Assembly (NCBI GenBank): GCA_030264375.1
Contig: JASCQW010000081.1
Coordinates: 50,447,514 to 50,511,513 of the forward strand
DNA from: Carcharhinus longimanus
Taxonomy: Eukaryota
DNA length: 64,000 nt
Direction of reading: 5' to 3'
The notes under the pieces are model-generated. The model did no database searches. It was not told the DNA's origin and was given only the letters and a program-made list of their open reading frames with translations. Position 1 is the first letter of the stretch, and each line of letters begins with the position of its first letter. This document shows, piece after piece, positions 35,935 to 49,100 of the stretch. A program made the position numbers and the translations under genes.

Positions 35935-36254
35935 GGGCAGCATGGTGGCAGAGTGGTTAGCACTGCTGCCTCACAGTGCCAGGGACCCAGGTTCAATTCT
36001 GGCCTCAGGTGATTGTCTGTGCAGAGTTTGCACCTTCTCCAATTGTCAGAGTGGGTTTCCTCCGGGTGCTTTGGTTTCTTCCGACACTCCAAAGATGTGT
36101 GGGTCAGGTTGATTTGCCATGCTAAATAGACCCTAGTCTCAGGGAGACTAGCAGGGTAAATACATGAGATTATGGGATAGGGCCTTTGTGGGATTGTTGT
36201 TGGTGCAGGCTCAATGGGCCAAATGGCCTCCTCCTGCATTGTAAGGATTCTATG
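35935..36254 (+). mobile_element. HE1-like V-SINE, full length, tail A
   Basis: Head ggggcagcatggtggcagagtggttagc, V core, tail gtaaggattctatg. Confidence 0.9.
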
Positions 36255-37369
36255 ATAAACACAAGAAAAGATGAATCCAGAAATGAGACATGCACTTAGA
36301 TTACTAACAAAGTAACAACAAACAAGTAATGTGTTTTTTTTAAAACAGTNNNNNNNNNNAAATGGAGGTTGAAGTTTCTGGGCTTTCATTCAAAACTGTG
36401 GCCATGTTTCGACAGAGAAAAAATATAGTCTTGCAGGTGAAAACAAATTGGCTCTTTTCATTGCCCGAGATTACTGGATTTTAAAGGCAGGTTTCTTTTA
36501 TTATTTGTTGCCTGTGTTCCCTTTGTGCTGCTGGTGCCAGACTGTTTTGCTGGTTTCCATTTTGGTGTAGTAAAGTGCTAATATCCCCCTCTTACTAGTA
36601 TTGGTCGTATGATGCAGTTTTAATGTACCTATTGTACACGGAGTGGACTGGGGCAATGGTGATTAATACACAATGGGAGGAATCAGGGGAGGGGGCAAGG
36701 TACAGGGAATGATTGCTATACTATCAACATACCAGTTTAATTAGCTCACTAAAAGCCCTACTTGACATTCCATCTTCAGTGCCGACAGGTCTGCTGGCCA
36801 TTGTCTTTTAAATCTCTTCCATTGAGATGGTAAAGAGCAGGCAACTTGCACCTGGAAAACTTATTTTAATTTTACGTAGCTTCCCAGTCATTTTGTTTCT
36901 CTGTTTGTCCAGAAACTTCACCTGACTTTCTGGAAATCACTTTGAGAGTGTACAGTGTTCGTTATTCCATGTAGCTGAGCCCACTGCCCTATTATCTTTA
37001 TGCACATGACGTGACCATCACATCTCCCCGAAAGAAAAGGGAAATTCCTTTGTATTTCATTTTTTGTTTTGTTACCTCACAGAGAATAAAAGGAAAGATA
37101 AACACAACAGCATTCATTCATACTCAGTCATTTGCAGGAATTCCTTAAAGTCATGGTCATTAACCTTCTACAACTTGTAATATTTGCTAGTTCTGAATGA
37201 GCAACCAATTTGTTACAGATTGGGATAGGTGGTGGGATAATCTTTCCCTGTTATTCGTCATCTTGCAATTGACTGCAACAAGTGCTGTGACTTAAAATAA
37301 CAGACATCAACAGGCTTTAAGATAAGTTTAAATATATAAAAAGGATAAATATTTATTTACATGACATAT

Positions 37370-38480
37370 AGGATAAGTAAATAAGGTGGTCAAGAAGGCA
37401 TACAGGATACTTTCCTTTGGTATTCAAAGCATAGGCACAAGGAGGTTATGCTAAAACTTCATGAAGCTTTAGTTTGCTCATAACTAGATACAGTTCTGGT
37501 CATCACATGACAATAGGATGTGTTTGTATTAGATATGGTGCACTGCAGATTTATGACAATGTTGGATTAGCTGGCCTTTTGTGCTGCAGTGTTAAATATA
37601 CAGAACCAATTCATAAGAACATAAGAAATAGGAGCAGGAGTAGGCCATCTAGCCCTTCGAGCCTGCCCCGCCATTCAATAAGNNNNNNNNNNNNNNNNNN
37701 NNNNNNNNNNNNNNNNNNNNNNNNNNNNNNNNNNNNNNNNNNNNNNNNNNNNNNNNNNNNNNNNNNNNNNNNNNNNNNNNNNCCGTGAAGACCGAAACAA
37801 AAAAGTTATTCAAGACCTCAGCCATTTCCCCATCCCCTACCACTAAGCCCCCCCTCTCACCAGCCTCTTCCTTTTTATATATCCACGTATTTATACATTT
37901 TGCAGATGTTTTCTACATTGGTCTCCAGCAAGCTTACGGAGGTTTTCACAAAATAATAATAATAAAACAAAAGATGATCAAGATACATGGAGGTTGTTAT
38001 GGTGTCATCTTCTGATCATCAGCAAGAAAAGATATCAACGGAATGGAGAATTTTAGCTATGAGGAAAGGCTGAGATTGTTTTATTAGGGATGGGAGAGAC
38101 CAATGGAAGATTCAATTGAGATGTTTCCCCTCCCCCTCCAAATATGTCAGGTCCAGATAGAAAGAGCTTATTTCCATTAGTAGAGAGGCCAATAGCCAGG
38201 GGACAGATGTGAAATAATTAGCAGAACAATTGGTAGTCTGTTGAGAAGAATGCTTTTCCCTCAGAGGGTGGTGGGGTTCTGGAACTCATTGCCTGAAAGG
38301 ATGGTAGAGACACAAATCCTCAAGGTATTTAAGTTAAAATACTTAGATATGCACTTGTAGTGTCGTAACCTACAGCGTTGTGGACCAAGAACTGGAAAGT
38401 GGGATTAGACTGAATAACTCTTTTGCAGCTGGCACAGTCAAGATGGGCTGAATGGCTGCCATCTGTGCCATAAGTATTCA
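37370..38480 (+). mobile_element. Old CR1 3' fragment containing a duplicated unique segment and a young inverted CR1 (37612-37865)
   Basis: CR1 similarity at 37370-37560 resumes at about 38040; nested ORF MAEVLNNFFVSVFT on the minus strand. Confidence 0.75.
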
Positions 38481-38911
38481 ACATTCTTTGTGAGTTGCTG
38501 TTGGGTTAACTGGCCTTTTGTGCTACGGTGTTAAATATACAGGACCAATTCCATGCATCTATACCTTTTGGTGTTTTCTGCATTGGTCTCCAGCAAGCTT
38601 ATGAAGATTTTCACAAAATAATAATGATGATGAAATAAAAGGTGAGCAAGATACATGGAAGTTATTATGGTGTCATCTTCTGATTGTCAGCAAGAAAAGA
38701 TACCAGATACTTCTCCTGCACTTAAACCCTTGCATAAGAGTTCCATAAGTTTTCAGCCTATTACCATACAGAACATCAAGCAGAAGCAAGTTACTTATCT
38801 GCGGAGGACAGAGTGTTTTACTTCAGCTTAGAGTGGCCAATCTTGGAGAAGTTTGTAACAGGAACTAATGTTGCACCCAGTTCTATATGGAACTGGCAAA
38901 ATAATAAGAGC

Positions 38912-39848
38912 CTTGATGTGGAGATGCCAGCGTTGGGCTGAGGTAAACACAATAATAAGTCTCACAACACCAGGTTAAAGTCCAACAGGTTTATTTGGTA
39001 GCACAAGCCACTAGCTTTCAGAGCGCTGCTCCTTCAACAGGTACGTGGGATTTCAGTTCACAAACAGGGCATGTAAAGACACAAACTCAATTTACAAAAT
39101 AATGGTTGGAATGCGAGCCTTTTACAGGTAATCAAGTCTTAAAGATACAGGCAATGTGAGAGGGTTACGCACAAGTTAGAGATATGTATTGTCTCCAGCC
39201 AGGACAGTTGGTGAGATTTTGCAAGCCCAGGCAAGTCACGGGAGGTTACAGGTAGTGTGATGTGAACCCAAGATCCCGGTTGAGGCTGTCTCTATGTGTG
39301 GGGAACTTGGTTATCAGTCTCCGCTCAGCGACTCTGCATTGCCATGTGTCATGAAGGCTACTGTGAAGAACGCTTCCCTGAAGATCAGAGGCCGAATGCC
39401 CATGACCGCTGAAGTGTTTCCCAACACGAGGAGAACACTCTTCCCTGGTGACTGTCGAGTGGTGTTCATTCATCCATTATCATAGCGTCTGCATGGTCTC
39501 TCCAACGTACCATACCGTGGGACATCTTTTCCTGCAGTGTATCAGGTAGACAACATTGGCCGAGTTGCAAGTGTATGTACTGTGTACCTGGCGGATGGTG
39601 TTCTCATGTGAGATGTTCACGGCACGTGACAATGCAACATCGCTGAGCAGAGACTGATAGCCAAGTTCCGCACACATGAGGACGACCTCAACCGGGATCT
39701 TGGGCTCATGTCACACTATCTGTAACTTCCACAACTTGCCTGGGCTTTCAAAATCTCACTAACTGTCCTGGCTGGAGACAATACACATCTCTAACTTGTG
39801 CTTAACCCTTTCTTCACTCACATTGTCTGTACCTTTAAGACTTGATTA
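38912..39848 (-). mobile_element. Penelope-like element with GIY-YIG remnant and inverted duplication
   Basis: YTCNSANVVYLIHCRKRCPTVWYVGET (GIY-YIG) and VGKHFSGHGHSASDL; 39625-39848 is an inverted copy of about 39130-39350. Confidence 0.88.
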
Positions 39849-39948
39849 NNNNNNNNNNNNNNNNNNNNNNNNNNNNNNNNNNNNNNNNNNNNNNNNNNNN
39901 NNNNNNNNNNNNNNNNNNNNNNNNNNNNNNNNNNNNNNNNNNNNNNNN

Positions 39949-40440
39949 CTCCTTAAAAATCCTCCACTGTTCCTCAGCCGCCCTACCAACCAATCTGCGC
40001 CCCCAATCCACATTCGCCAATTCCGCTCTCATCCTATCATACTCCCTTCTGTTCAAACAGAGGACACAGGTTCGGGACCCTACTTTCTCATCCTCCACCT
40101 GCATCAAAAATTCAACCATATTATGATCACTCATCCCAAGCGGATCCCTCACAAGAAGATCCCTAATTCTACCTGCCTTGTTACACAACACCAGATCTAA
40201 GATAGCTCACTCCCTCGTAGGTTCCATCGCATACTGTTCAAGGAAACTATCCCGATAGCATTCCAAGAACTGTCCCTCAAGCCCACCGCGTCCAACTTGG
40301 GTCATCCAATCAACATGCAGATTAAAATCCCCCAAAATTAATCGCCGTTCTGTTTCTGCACGCATCAATTATTTGCTCGTTTATAGCCCGCCCCACCTCA
40401 AAGTTATTATTTGGAGGCCTATACACCACACCCACCAGTG
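39949..40440 (-). mobile_element. CR1 ORF2 endonuclease fragment
   Basis: PLGMSDHNMVEF...YDRMRAELANVDW; YRPP and GDFN motifs upstream. Confidence 0.88.
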
Positions 40441-40499
40441 TCCTCCAGTTATCACCAGTTATCTATACCAAGCTGCTGCAGGCCCAGTTTCTAGTGATG

Positions 40500-41050
40500 A
40501 TGATAACAAATGACTGCAACAGGACATACATAGTAGCAGAATGGACAGACATGTGACTGATAGAATTCAATATACAGAAGTGTATGGTGATGCATTTTGG
40601 CAGAAGGGATAAGGAGAAGAAATATAGACATTATGGCATAAATAGAGGAGAGTTGGAGAGACTTGTGCATAGACCTTTGGAGGTGGTTGGGTATATTGGG
40701 GGAATAACTAACAAAGCATATGAGGTCTTGAGCTTCATAAATACAAGTCTTGAGTACAAAAGTTTATAAAGCTCTGGTTAGACTACAACTAGAGATTGCA
40801 CTCTCTATAAGAAGGACGTGAGAGTCCATAGGAAGGACATGAGGGTCCATGAGAAGGTGCACAGGGGAATTAGCAGAATGGTTTCAGGTCTGACCAGGAA
40901 CTCATTGCCAATCAGAATGATAGAAGCAGAGACACTCATTAATTTCAAAAGGAAATTAAATAGGCACTTCAGAGAAATAAACTTATAGGGATAGTGGGGA
41001 AATGGTACTAACTAGATTACTCCAAAGACAGCTGCCTTGGACTCGATGAA
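40500..41050 (+). mobile_element. Decayed CR1 3' fragment
   Basis: KCMVMHFGRR...KAYEVLSFIN..EYKS. Confidence 0.7.
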
Positions 41051-42439
41051 CCCAATAGAGTTATTATAGCACAAAACAGAGCTATCGTCAATTAGACACA
41101 CAAACCAGATTTTGAAACAAGTGAGGACTATTAATTCACAGAGCAACTTGCAGCAGTGAACAAGATAGCACTTAATATAATTTTCTCTTACTGCTTATCC
41201 CTTTCAGTTTCTTCCTCTCTAAACTAAACCATTTTCCTGTCTTTTCATTTACAGTCTGAGAATTATTTCTGATTAAAGGTAATTAAAGTTAATGATTTTT
41301 AATTGCTGTAATACCTTTCATATAACTTCTTAAAACTGTACCCTTATCTCATAGATCTTTTAACATCCTTTGGCTTACAAATCACTCACTGCAACACATC
41401 TATCCCCCACAATTCACAAATCATCCATCTCCAACTATAAAGTGATTTGAGTGATTTCAGGTGTAACATACGATATTCAAGACAGTGCATCCAAATTTTG
41501 TATCAACCTGGCTCTATGATCAACTGAAAAGCCATATGGTTGGAGATTTAAAAAAAATCAATGCCAAGCCCTGGCATTTTTCTTTTTCCTTGCCCACAAT
41601 CACTTAGGAGTGGGAATGGTCCATTACTAACCAGGAAGATTCTGCTTATTACTTTAATGTCTCTGTTGCCTATTTGACAATAGAAAGGACAATTAAATTC
41701 TCAAAGTAGCAACTTTCTACACAAGTATATTACAGACTGATTGGCCTCTTTGGTAACCTGGGATAGTCCTGTCCCACTCCAACATCCAGCAAATCTACTT
41801 GGAAGATGAACATCCAGGAAAAGGCCAGAAGAATTGATACTGGATTAGAGCACAAAGGCACCTGAAGGTTGTCAAATAGGGTTTCTCTCCTAAGAGTTCC
41901 ACTGGTCTATACTTGGTTCTTGGTGTTTAGTTAGCCAGTCCTCTTCTGCTTCCTGAACTGTCAGCCCAAAGATCGGTCTGACCCATGGTATCACAATCTC
42001 CACCATGGGTAAAGCAAAGTGGCATGTTCCAAATCTATTCCAGCTGGAAGGAGGATCAAGCTCTGTTCAGTTGGCACCAATCTGATCCAATGAGGCAACC
42101 TATTTGCCAAGGAGTCTGAGTTGCTGTGGCAACATTCACCTTTACCTGCATGTTGCAGGCTGGAGCTATGATTAGTGATGATAGTGGCTCCAAGTTCTTT
42201 CCATCACATGGCTGATCAGATTCTTGCTTTTACCACCAATCATTAATATATGGTGGAAGGATTTGTAAGTTGGTACTCAACTTTTTGCCCACATTATGAT
42301 TGCACCTTCCTTGGCCATCAAGTCCTAGAGCGGGACTTGAACTCAAGAGTTTTTTGGCTTAGAGGCAGGGACACTATCTATAGCACCATAGGATTTCCCA
42401 CAGCCAATCCTCTATTCGTGCTAATTCCTCCAATACCAT

Positions 42440-43560
42440 AGACCCTTATCTTATGCAGTGATCTTTTATATGGCATCTAATCAAATGCCCTTTAGATATC
42501 CAAATACATGACAGCTACTGGTTTCCGCCACTGGTATCATCTCAGCTTGGTACATCCTCAAAGGTCTCTTATTAATTTTGCAAAAATGATTTCCCTTTCA
42601 CAATAACCATGTTGACTCTGCCTGATTGTGTTATGATGTCCTGCAACTAACTCTATAATAATGGTTTCTAGCATTCATAAAATGACAGATATTAAATTAA
42701 CTGGTCTACAGTTACCTGATTTCTGAATTCCTCCTTTCTTAAATCATGGTATTGTATTAGTGTATTGTATTATTAGAAATATTGTATTTCCAATTCAGAG
42801 ATGTTTTTGGAATCTAGGGAATTTTGGAAGATTACAACCATCTATCCACTATTGTGCAGTCACTTCCTTTAAGCTCTTGGATGCAGATCTTCCGGTCCTA
42901 GGGATTTGCTACCAACCTTTAGCCACATTAGTTTTCCTTGTACTTTTATCTCTAGTGCCTGTGATTCTTTTACGTTCCACTATCCCCTACTTTTCTACTG
43001 TTCTTGGGATGCTGTTTGTGCCTTCTACTATAATGGCTGATGCAAAGTGCTCCTTCAAAGTTTCTGCCATCGCCTTATTTTCCATTATTAACTCCCCACT
43101 CTTATCCTTTTAGAGCCAATAGCTGACTTTAGCTATTATTTTCCATTTTATATCCTTTAGAAGTTTTTATCGACTGCCAAAGCTTTTCTGCCATCTTACC
43201 TTTTAATCTGTTTTCCCATTCCACTTCAGCCAACTTTGTCTTCATAACTTTCCAATTGTCCTACTTTAAGTTTACAGCACTAGTTTCAGATCCAAATTTC
43301 TCATCCTCAAACTGAAGGTGAAATGCGAATGTCATGATTATTCTTATCCAGAGGACAATGCACTATGAGGTCATTTATTAAGTTGTCTCACTACATACTA
43401 TCAGGTCTAAAATAGCCCATTCTCTGACTGGTTCCAGAGCATATTGATCTAAGAAACTGTCCTGAATACATTCTTTGAACTCACGCTCAAAGCAAATTTC
43501 GCCAATTTGATTAACCAATCTCAACGAAGATCGAAATCTCTCATGCATATTGTGGTACCA
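42440..43560 (-). mobile_element. Decayed, internally deleted CR1 ORF2
   Basis: Reverse strand shows endonuclease-like remains plus NYRPV.L.S and VMYLD..KAFD-like RT remains. Confidence 0.75.
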
Positions 43561-43819
43561 CCTTAAAAGCTTAAAACTATTTTAACCTCTTTTTTTCTTG
43601 CATGCGTACATGCACATGAGCATAGACGTACACACTTGCACTCCATTCTCTCCCTCACCACTGGGAATGAGTCTCTTCACCCCTCCCCCCCCCACCCCCC
43701 AGCTGACACCACACCCTCTCTCCACCACCTCTTGGCCTGCAGCCTCTTTCTCCCTCCCTGTGACCCTTAGAAACTTGTGTCCCCCAGAAGCTCGTGTCCC
43801 AGACACTGTAGCACTTTCC

Positions 43820-44527
43820 AGCAGTACAGTGGCACAGTGATTAGCACTGCTGTCTCACATCGCCAGGAACCCAGTTTCAATTCTGGCCTCGGGTGACTAT
43901 CTGAATGGGGTTTGCATGTTCTCCCCGTGTCTGTATGGGTTTCCTCCGGGTGCTCCGGTTTCCTCCCACACTCGAAAGATGTGCGGGCTAGGTTGATTGG
44001 CCATGGAAAATTGCTCCTTAGCAGGGTAGATATGTGGCGTTACAGGAATATGGTCTGGATGCGACTGTGGGGATTCTAATTTATGAATCTTCTCTACTTG
44101 GGCCCTGCAGCCTCTGATTCACCCCAGACCATTCAACAACTTCTTCCCTGGGCCTTGTGGCACCTTTTCTTCCCAGGCCTCACAGCTTCTCTCTCTCTCT
44201 CCAACACTGCAGCCTCTTTTTCTCATTCTTCCTGGATCCCACAGCCTCTCTCTCACTGCTCGAGCCCTACAGCCTCTCTCTCTCTCTAAACCCCTCAACA
44301 CCTTCTCTCCCTAGGCCCCACAGTAAATTTGCTCTCTTTTTAATAGAATCCCTACAGTACAGCGGCAGGCCATTCAGCCTATCAAGTCTGTGCCAACTCC
44401 CTCTGATAAAGCATCTTATCCAAACTGTAACCCTACATATTTACACTACTAACCTCCCTAACCTACATATCTTGGCACGCTAAGGATCTATTTGGCGTGG
44501 CCAATCAGCTTAATCTGCACATCTTTT
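43820..44527. mobile_element. HE1-like SINE (+, 43820-44080), CT-rich minisatellite, and SINE 3' half (-, 44342-44527)
   Basis: V core; repeated cacagcctctctctc units; tagaatccctacag tail. Confidence 0.75.
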
Positions 44528-44989
44528 TCTGGAACCCTTTTCCTTCCACTCTGAAATCCTCAATACATTTACCTCAGTCAGTGACAGCTGCTCATCCCAC
44601 ATTTGTTGCTCATATGCCTGTGATTGACAGAGCAACACCTAGCAGAATCTTCAACTTAGAAACATAGAAGGTAGGGGCAGGAGGAGGCCACTTGACTCTG
44701 AGTCTGATCCTCCATTCATCACAATCATGGCTGATTGTCCACCTCAACAGCCTAATCCTGCTTTCTCCCCATAACCTCTGATCCCATTCGTCCCGAACTT
44801 CTTTTACCTGTCTAACCAGCATTTTGAAAAGTGGCTCCAGAGGCCACAAAGACAGACTTTGTGGTACAGTCTGGCCTGCAAGCTGTACGTTGGGACAACC
44901 AGTTTTAAAACCCTCATTATATGATTTGCCAGTGCACTGCTCCCAGTGTGACTCAAGCGAAGATCATCCCAACAGTTGAGCTTCCTCTT

Positions 44990-45613
44990 TCCCCAGTTCT
45001 GGTGCCAATACTCTTGAATTTAAACCTATTAATTTCACCCAATCTTTCAGCCATGCAATCAACTCTCTGATCTTATTTTCCCTATGTCAATTTCATTGTG
45101 GCTTAGGTAGCAATCCAGATTATTACCTTTGTGGGTCTGTTTTTTAAATTTAGTTCAAAGCTGTTCATACTCCCTTGGCAGAACCTATGTAATTGGCACC
45201 CATGTGGACAACAACATCTGCATCTTTCCCCTTCCACTCCAAGCTCCTCTTCAGTTGTGCGAAGAGGTGCATAACCCTGGCACCAGGCAGACAACATAAC
45301 TTTCAGAACTCTCACTCTCAGCCACAGGGAACAATGTCTATCCTCCTAACTCTACCACCCCCTGCTACAACTACATTCCTTTTTGCTTCCTTAAGTTAAA
45401 TAGCCCCTGCAGCACAGTGCTGTGATCAGTTTGCTCATCATCCTTGCAGTGCCTGCTCTTGTCCAGTCAAACTGCAAGTACCTCAAACCTGTGAACAACT
45501 GCAAAGGTTGAGACTCCTACACTACTACCTTTTGGATTCCCATACAGTCACACCCCCCCTGACCACCAACCAGATCTAAAGTATCTAGCCTAAGGGTGTT
45601 ACTGCCTCTTGGA
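44990..45613 (-). mobile_element. CR1 ORF1 (SGNH esterase-like) remnant
   Basis: Reverse strand reads ...CLPGARV..., VVHMGANYIG (HVGTNDIG-like) and LKNRPTKVII. Confidence 0.7.
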
Positions 45614-47200
45614 NNNNNNNNNNNNNNNNNNNNNNNNNNNNNNNNNNNNNNNNNNNNNNNNNNNNNNNNNNNNNNNNNNNNNNNNNNNNNNNNNNNNNNN
45701 NNNNNNNNNNNNNNNNNNNNNNNNNNNNCATGCTACAGCTACAATGTATCAGCTGCCCTGCAGACTTTGGTTGCATTTAACTAATTAAATTTCAAATTTT
45801 GTTTCACTCAATGACTATCCCTTCTCATATTATGGAATTTAACTAGTTACACTCTAAATTTAATACAATACTTAAATTTCCCCAATACCACTTTAAACTA
45901 TTACCCCAGATTAGAGGGAAAAAACTTAAAATTGACCAATTACCTTCCAGCAAACCTACTTAATACCTCTGGACTTCAGCTCCCAGATCTCACTGTGCCT
46001 AGCTCCCTCTCTTGAACCACCTCTTTTTTGTAAAAGAACAGAACAGCACCTCTTCCTCCTCCTTCACTTTCCAAATTCTCTGATATAAGCATTCAGTCTC
46101 CAGCTGCACTTACTTCATGCTTATGATAAACTGCTGGTATTTGTACTAACTCAGGCCTGGATTGTTGGATTGGCAGAAATGGGGGAAAGGGCTGAAAATT
46201 TAAAGTGCCATCTACCATTTTTGCAGGGAAGGGAATGGGTCCGAATTGGGTTGGTGCAAGTGTGTTTTGGAAAAGCAGTTGCCCAATGTAGACAGTATCT
46301 ATCTCCACTAATATCTAATTTTAGTGACCCAGATGTGTGAAACATGACATGCACAGGTTAGTCCTGGTAGAAGTGGGTCTGAACTTTGTGGAATCTTTAG
46401 AAAAATGAGGTATCATTTTGAAGAGGTACGACCCTTTAGAAAAAGTCCCAGAACACTTTTGAGTAAGGTCAAGTGCCACTTGGGAGAGGTAAGGTGCCTA
46501 ATAGGATTGTTAAAGGTAATCTGTTAATTTCATTGAAATTGTCAATAGAGTCAACATGAACTGTTGAAGGCAGTAGTCAAAAGCATTAAAATGAACAATC
46601 AAAGGCAATTGTTCAGCTGTCCAAGGTATTTAGTACCTCTTTTGCACACCCAACAAGTAAACAAACTCAAATTAATTTAGGGACAAATTAAAAGGAGCAG
46701 CTAAGGTATTTAAATCTTTAAAGTGTCAGGACTGTTTAAAAAAAAGTTTGCTATTTCACTCTGTTGACAGAAGCCTTCCGAAATGGTGTGGCTCCCAGTG
46801 AACTCTGCCTCCTTGGAATGAAAATCCAAACTTTCAGGACATCTTTTCCAGGGTCAGGTTTGCACATGGCAAATGTCCTGATTCTGCACTCATGACCTGA
46901 GCAAAAATTCATACTTTAAATTCCAATGAGAGAGTCAGTCACTGTTGAATAGAGAAATGGTTCAAACTAGTTATCAAATTAACTACCCTGCAGGTGTCTC
47001 AAGGAAGGAAACTTGTTTATTACCAACCATAATGGAAATAAACTACAATTTACTGTTAAAGTTAAGCTAAATGCAAACTTGACTAGATTTTAGAAAGAAG
47101 CCAACCTTCAAAACTTGTTCATTTCCTGATTTCAGCAATTAAGTCTCTAGCAGCACTTTCATGTGGCCAACTCACCCTGGCCTGCTTACTGCAATAGAGG

Positions 47201-47270
47201 AAGAAGTCTCACAACACCAGGTTAAAGTCCAACATTAACCTAGTGTTGTGAGACTTCTTATTATGTTTAC
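47201..47270. mobile_element. Fold-back of Penelope pseudo-LTR termini
   Basis: aagaagtctcacaacaccaggttaa / ttaacctagtgttgtgagacttctt; same terminus as at 27865 and 38957. Confidence 0.75.
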
Positions 47271-47569
47271 NNNNNNNNNNNNNNNNNNNNNNNNNNNNNN
47301 NNNNNNNNNNNNNNNNNNNNNNNNNNNNNNNNNNNNNNNNNNNNNNNNNNNNNNNNNNNNNNNNNNNNNNGTGGGGCAAGCTTGAATCACAGAATGGCCT
47401 CATCTCCTATTTTCTATGTTTCTATGTTCACATGGTTTGTGAAGTGGAAATTGTTATTAAATCCATTTTTTTCTTTTGCAAATTGGCAATCTGTGGAGAT
47501 TGTAACATTTAAAGTTAAATATTTACCAGGCTTGTTACAGCCAGTATAAGAATAAAGAGGTAAAGTTGG

Positions 47570-48560
47570 ATCTGTACTGTTGGTTGGGCCACAGCTGGAG
47601 TACTGTATGCAGTTCTGGTCACTTCACTATAGAAAGAATGTGATTAGCCTGGTGTGGAAGCTGTTGGAGAAAATACCGAGAGACAGGATTTATTCACATT
47701 TGGAAGCAAATGGATTTGTTAGTGATGGGGGTACAGAGGAGATTTACCTGAATGTTGCCTGGGATGGAGCATTTGAGCTATTTGGAGAGATTGGATAGGC
47801 ATGGATTGTATTCTTTGGAGCAAAAAAGACTGAGGGGGAACATGATTGAGGCGTCTAGAGGTATGGACAATGTGAATAGGAAGCAGCTGTTTTGAGAGGT
47901 CAATCACAAGGGGGCATAGTTTTAGGGTGAGGGGCAGAAGATTCAGAGGGGATTGAGAAAAAATGTTTTCACTTAGAGGATGGGAATCTGGAACACACTG
48001 CCTGGGAAGGTAGTCGAGGCCGGAAACCTTACAATCTTTAAAAAGTATTTGGATGAGCGCTTGAAACATCATAACATTAAAGGATATAGGACAAGTGCTA
48101 GAAAATGGGAACTTTAGTGGTAGGTCGGTACAGACTCGATGGGTCGAGGGAATTTTCTGCTCCATTGATTCCTGTCTAGTAACAAGGGCTGGATCCTCTT
48201 GGGAGTCTTGTGATAGGTCACCAGATCAGTTCAAAGGGATCCAGTAGATGTGGTGCATTTGAATTTTCAGAAGGCATTTGATAATGAACCACATGAGAGG
48301 TTACTGTAAAAGATCATGCTGTTGGGGTGATCTTTAGCATTAATCGAGGATTGGGATAGCTAAAAGAAAACAAGTTGGGATGTGAGTCATTTTCAGGTTG
48401 TTAGACTAACTAGTGGAGTGCTGCAGGGATCAGTGTTGGGACCCCAACTATTTACAATCTGTATTAATGACTTAGATGAAAGGATTTACTATATTGTAGC
48501 CAATTTTACTGATGATACAAAGATAGGTAGGAAAGTAAGTTATGAGGACATCAAAGGGAT
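47570..48560 (+). mobile_element. Nested CR1 fragments
   Basis: PQLEYCMQFWS, a 3' end at about 48170, then SGVLQGSVLGPQLFTICINDLD...FTDDTKIG. Confidence 0.88.
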
Positions 48561-48819
48561 GATCTTACCATCGCACTACACTGCCATTTTTCCTATCTTG
48601 TCATCGCTCTGCTGAGTGTAGGTGACAGGCTTGACATTTAAGATGGTGATGAGGCATGGCTGCCATTGGACTTGAACATGCAGGAATATAGTAGCATGTA
48701 GGGGCTAAAATGATGAATGAGGAGGGGCAAGGAGGTGTCCTTACAGGTGTTGACAAAATTGTAAGCGGCTGGATGAGAGATGAAGCTGGAGCTACAAGGG
48801 ATGTATGAGAGGAGTCCAG

Positions 48820-49100
48820 AAAGACTACATTAGGTCCACTTATCCTGGCTGAGCAAAGAAGATCATTCATTTTCTTGCAGCATTGTTGCCCTGTCCTCTT
48901 TTGCAGTGAGCTGACAAAGGACTGTCTTTGCGTCGGGGGTGGGGGGTGGTGCTGACCTAACTGGATGGATGCCTTCTGGAGCAGGGGTAGAGTGCATCCC
49001 ACTTCTACTGCATTCCAATCAGCATTCTGGTTGTGGCTCCCTCTGAGAAATAAGATGAGGATTTCCTGGCTACAACAGATGTGGAACAAATGTTGGGTGC
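48820..49100 (-). mobile_element. PIF/Harbinger-type Myb/SANT protein remnant
   Basis: W..V...SSLQKRTGQQCCKKMNDLLCSAR resembles the trihelix Myb motif (RT..QC.KKWNDL). Confidence 0.5.
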
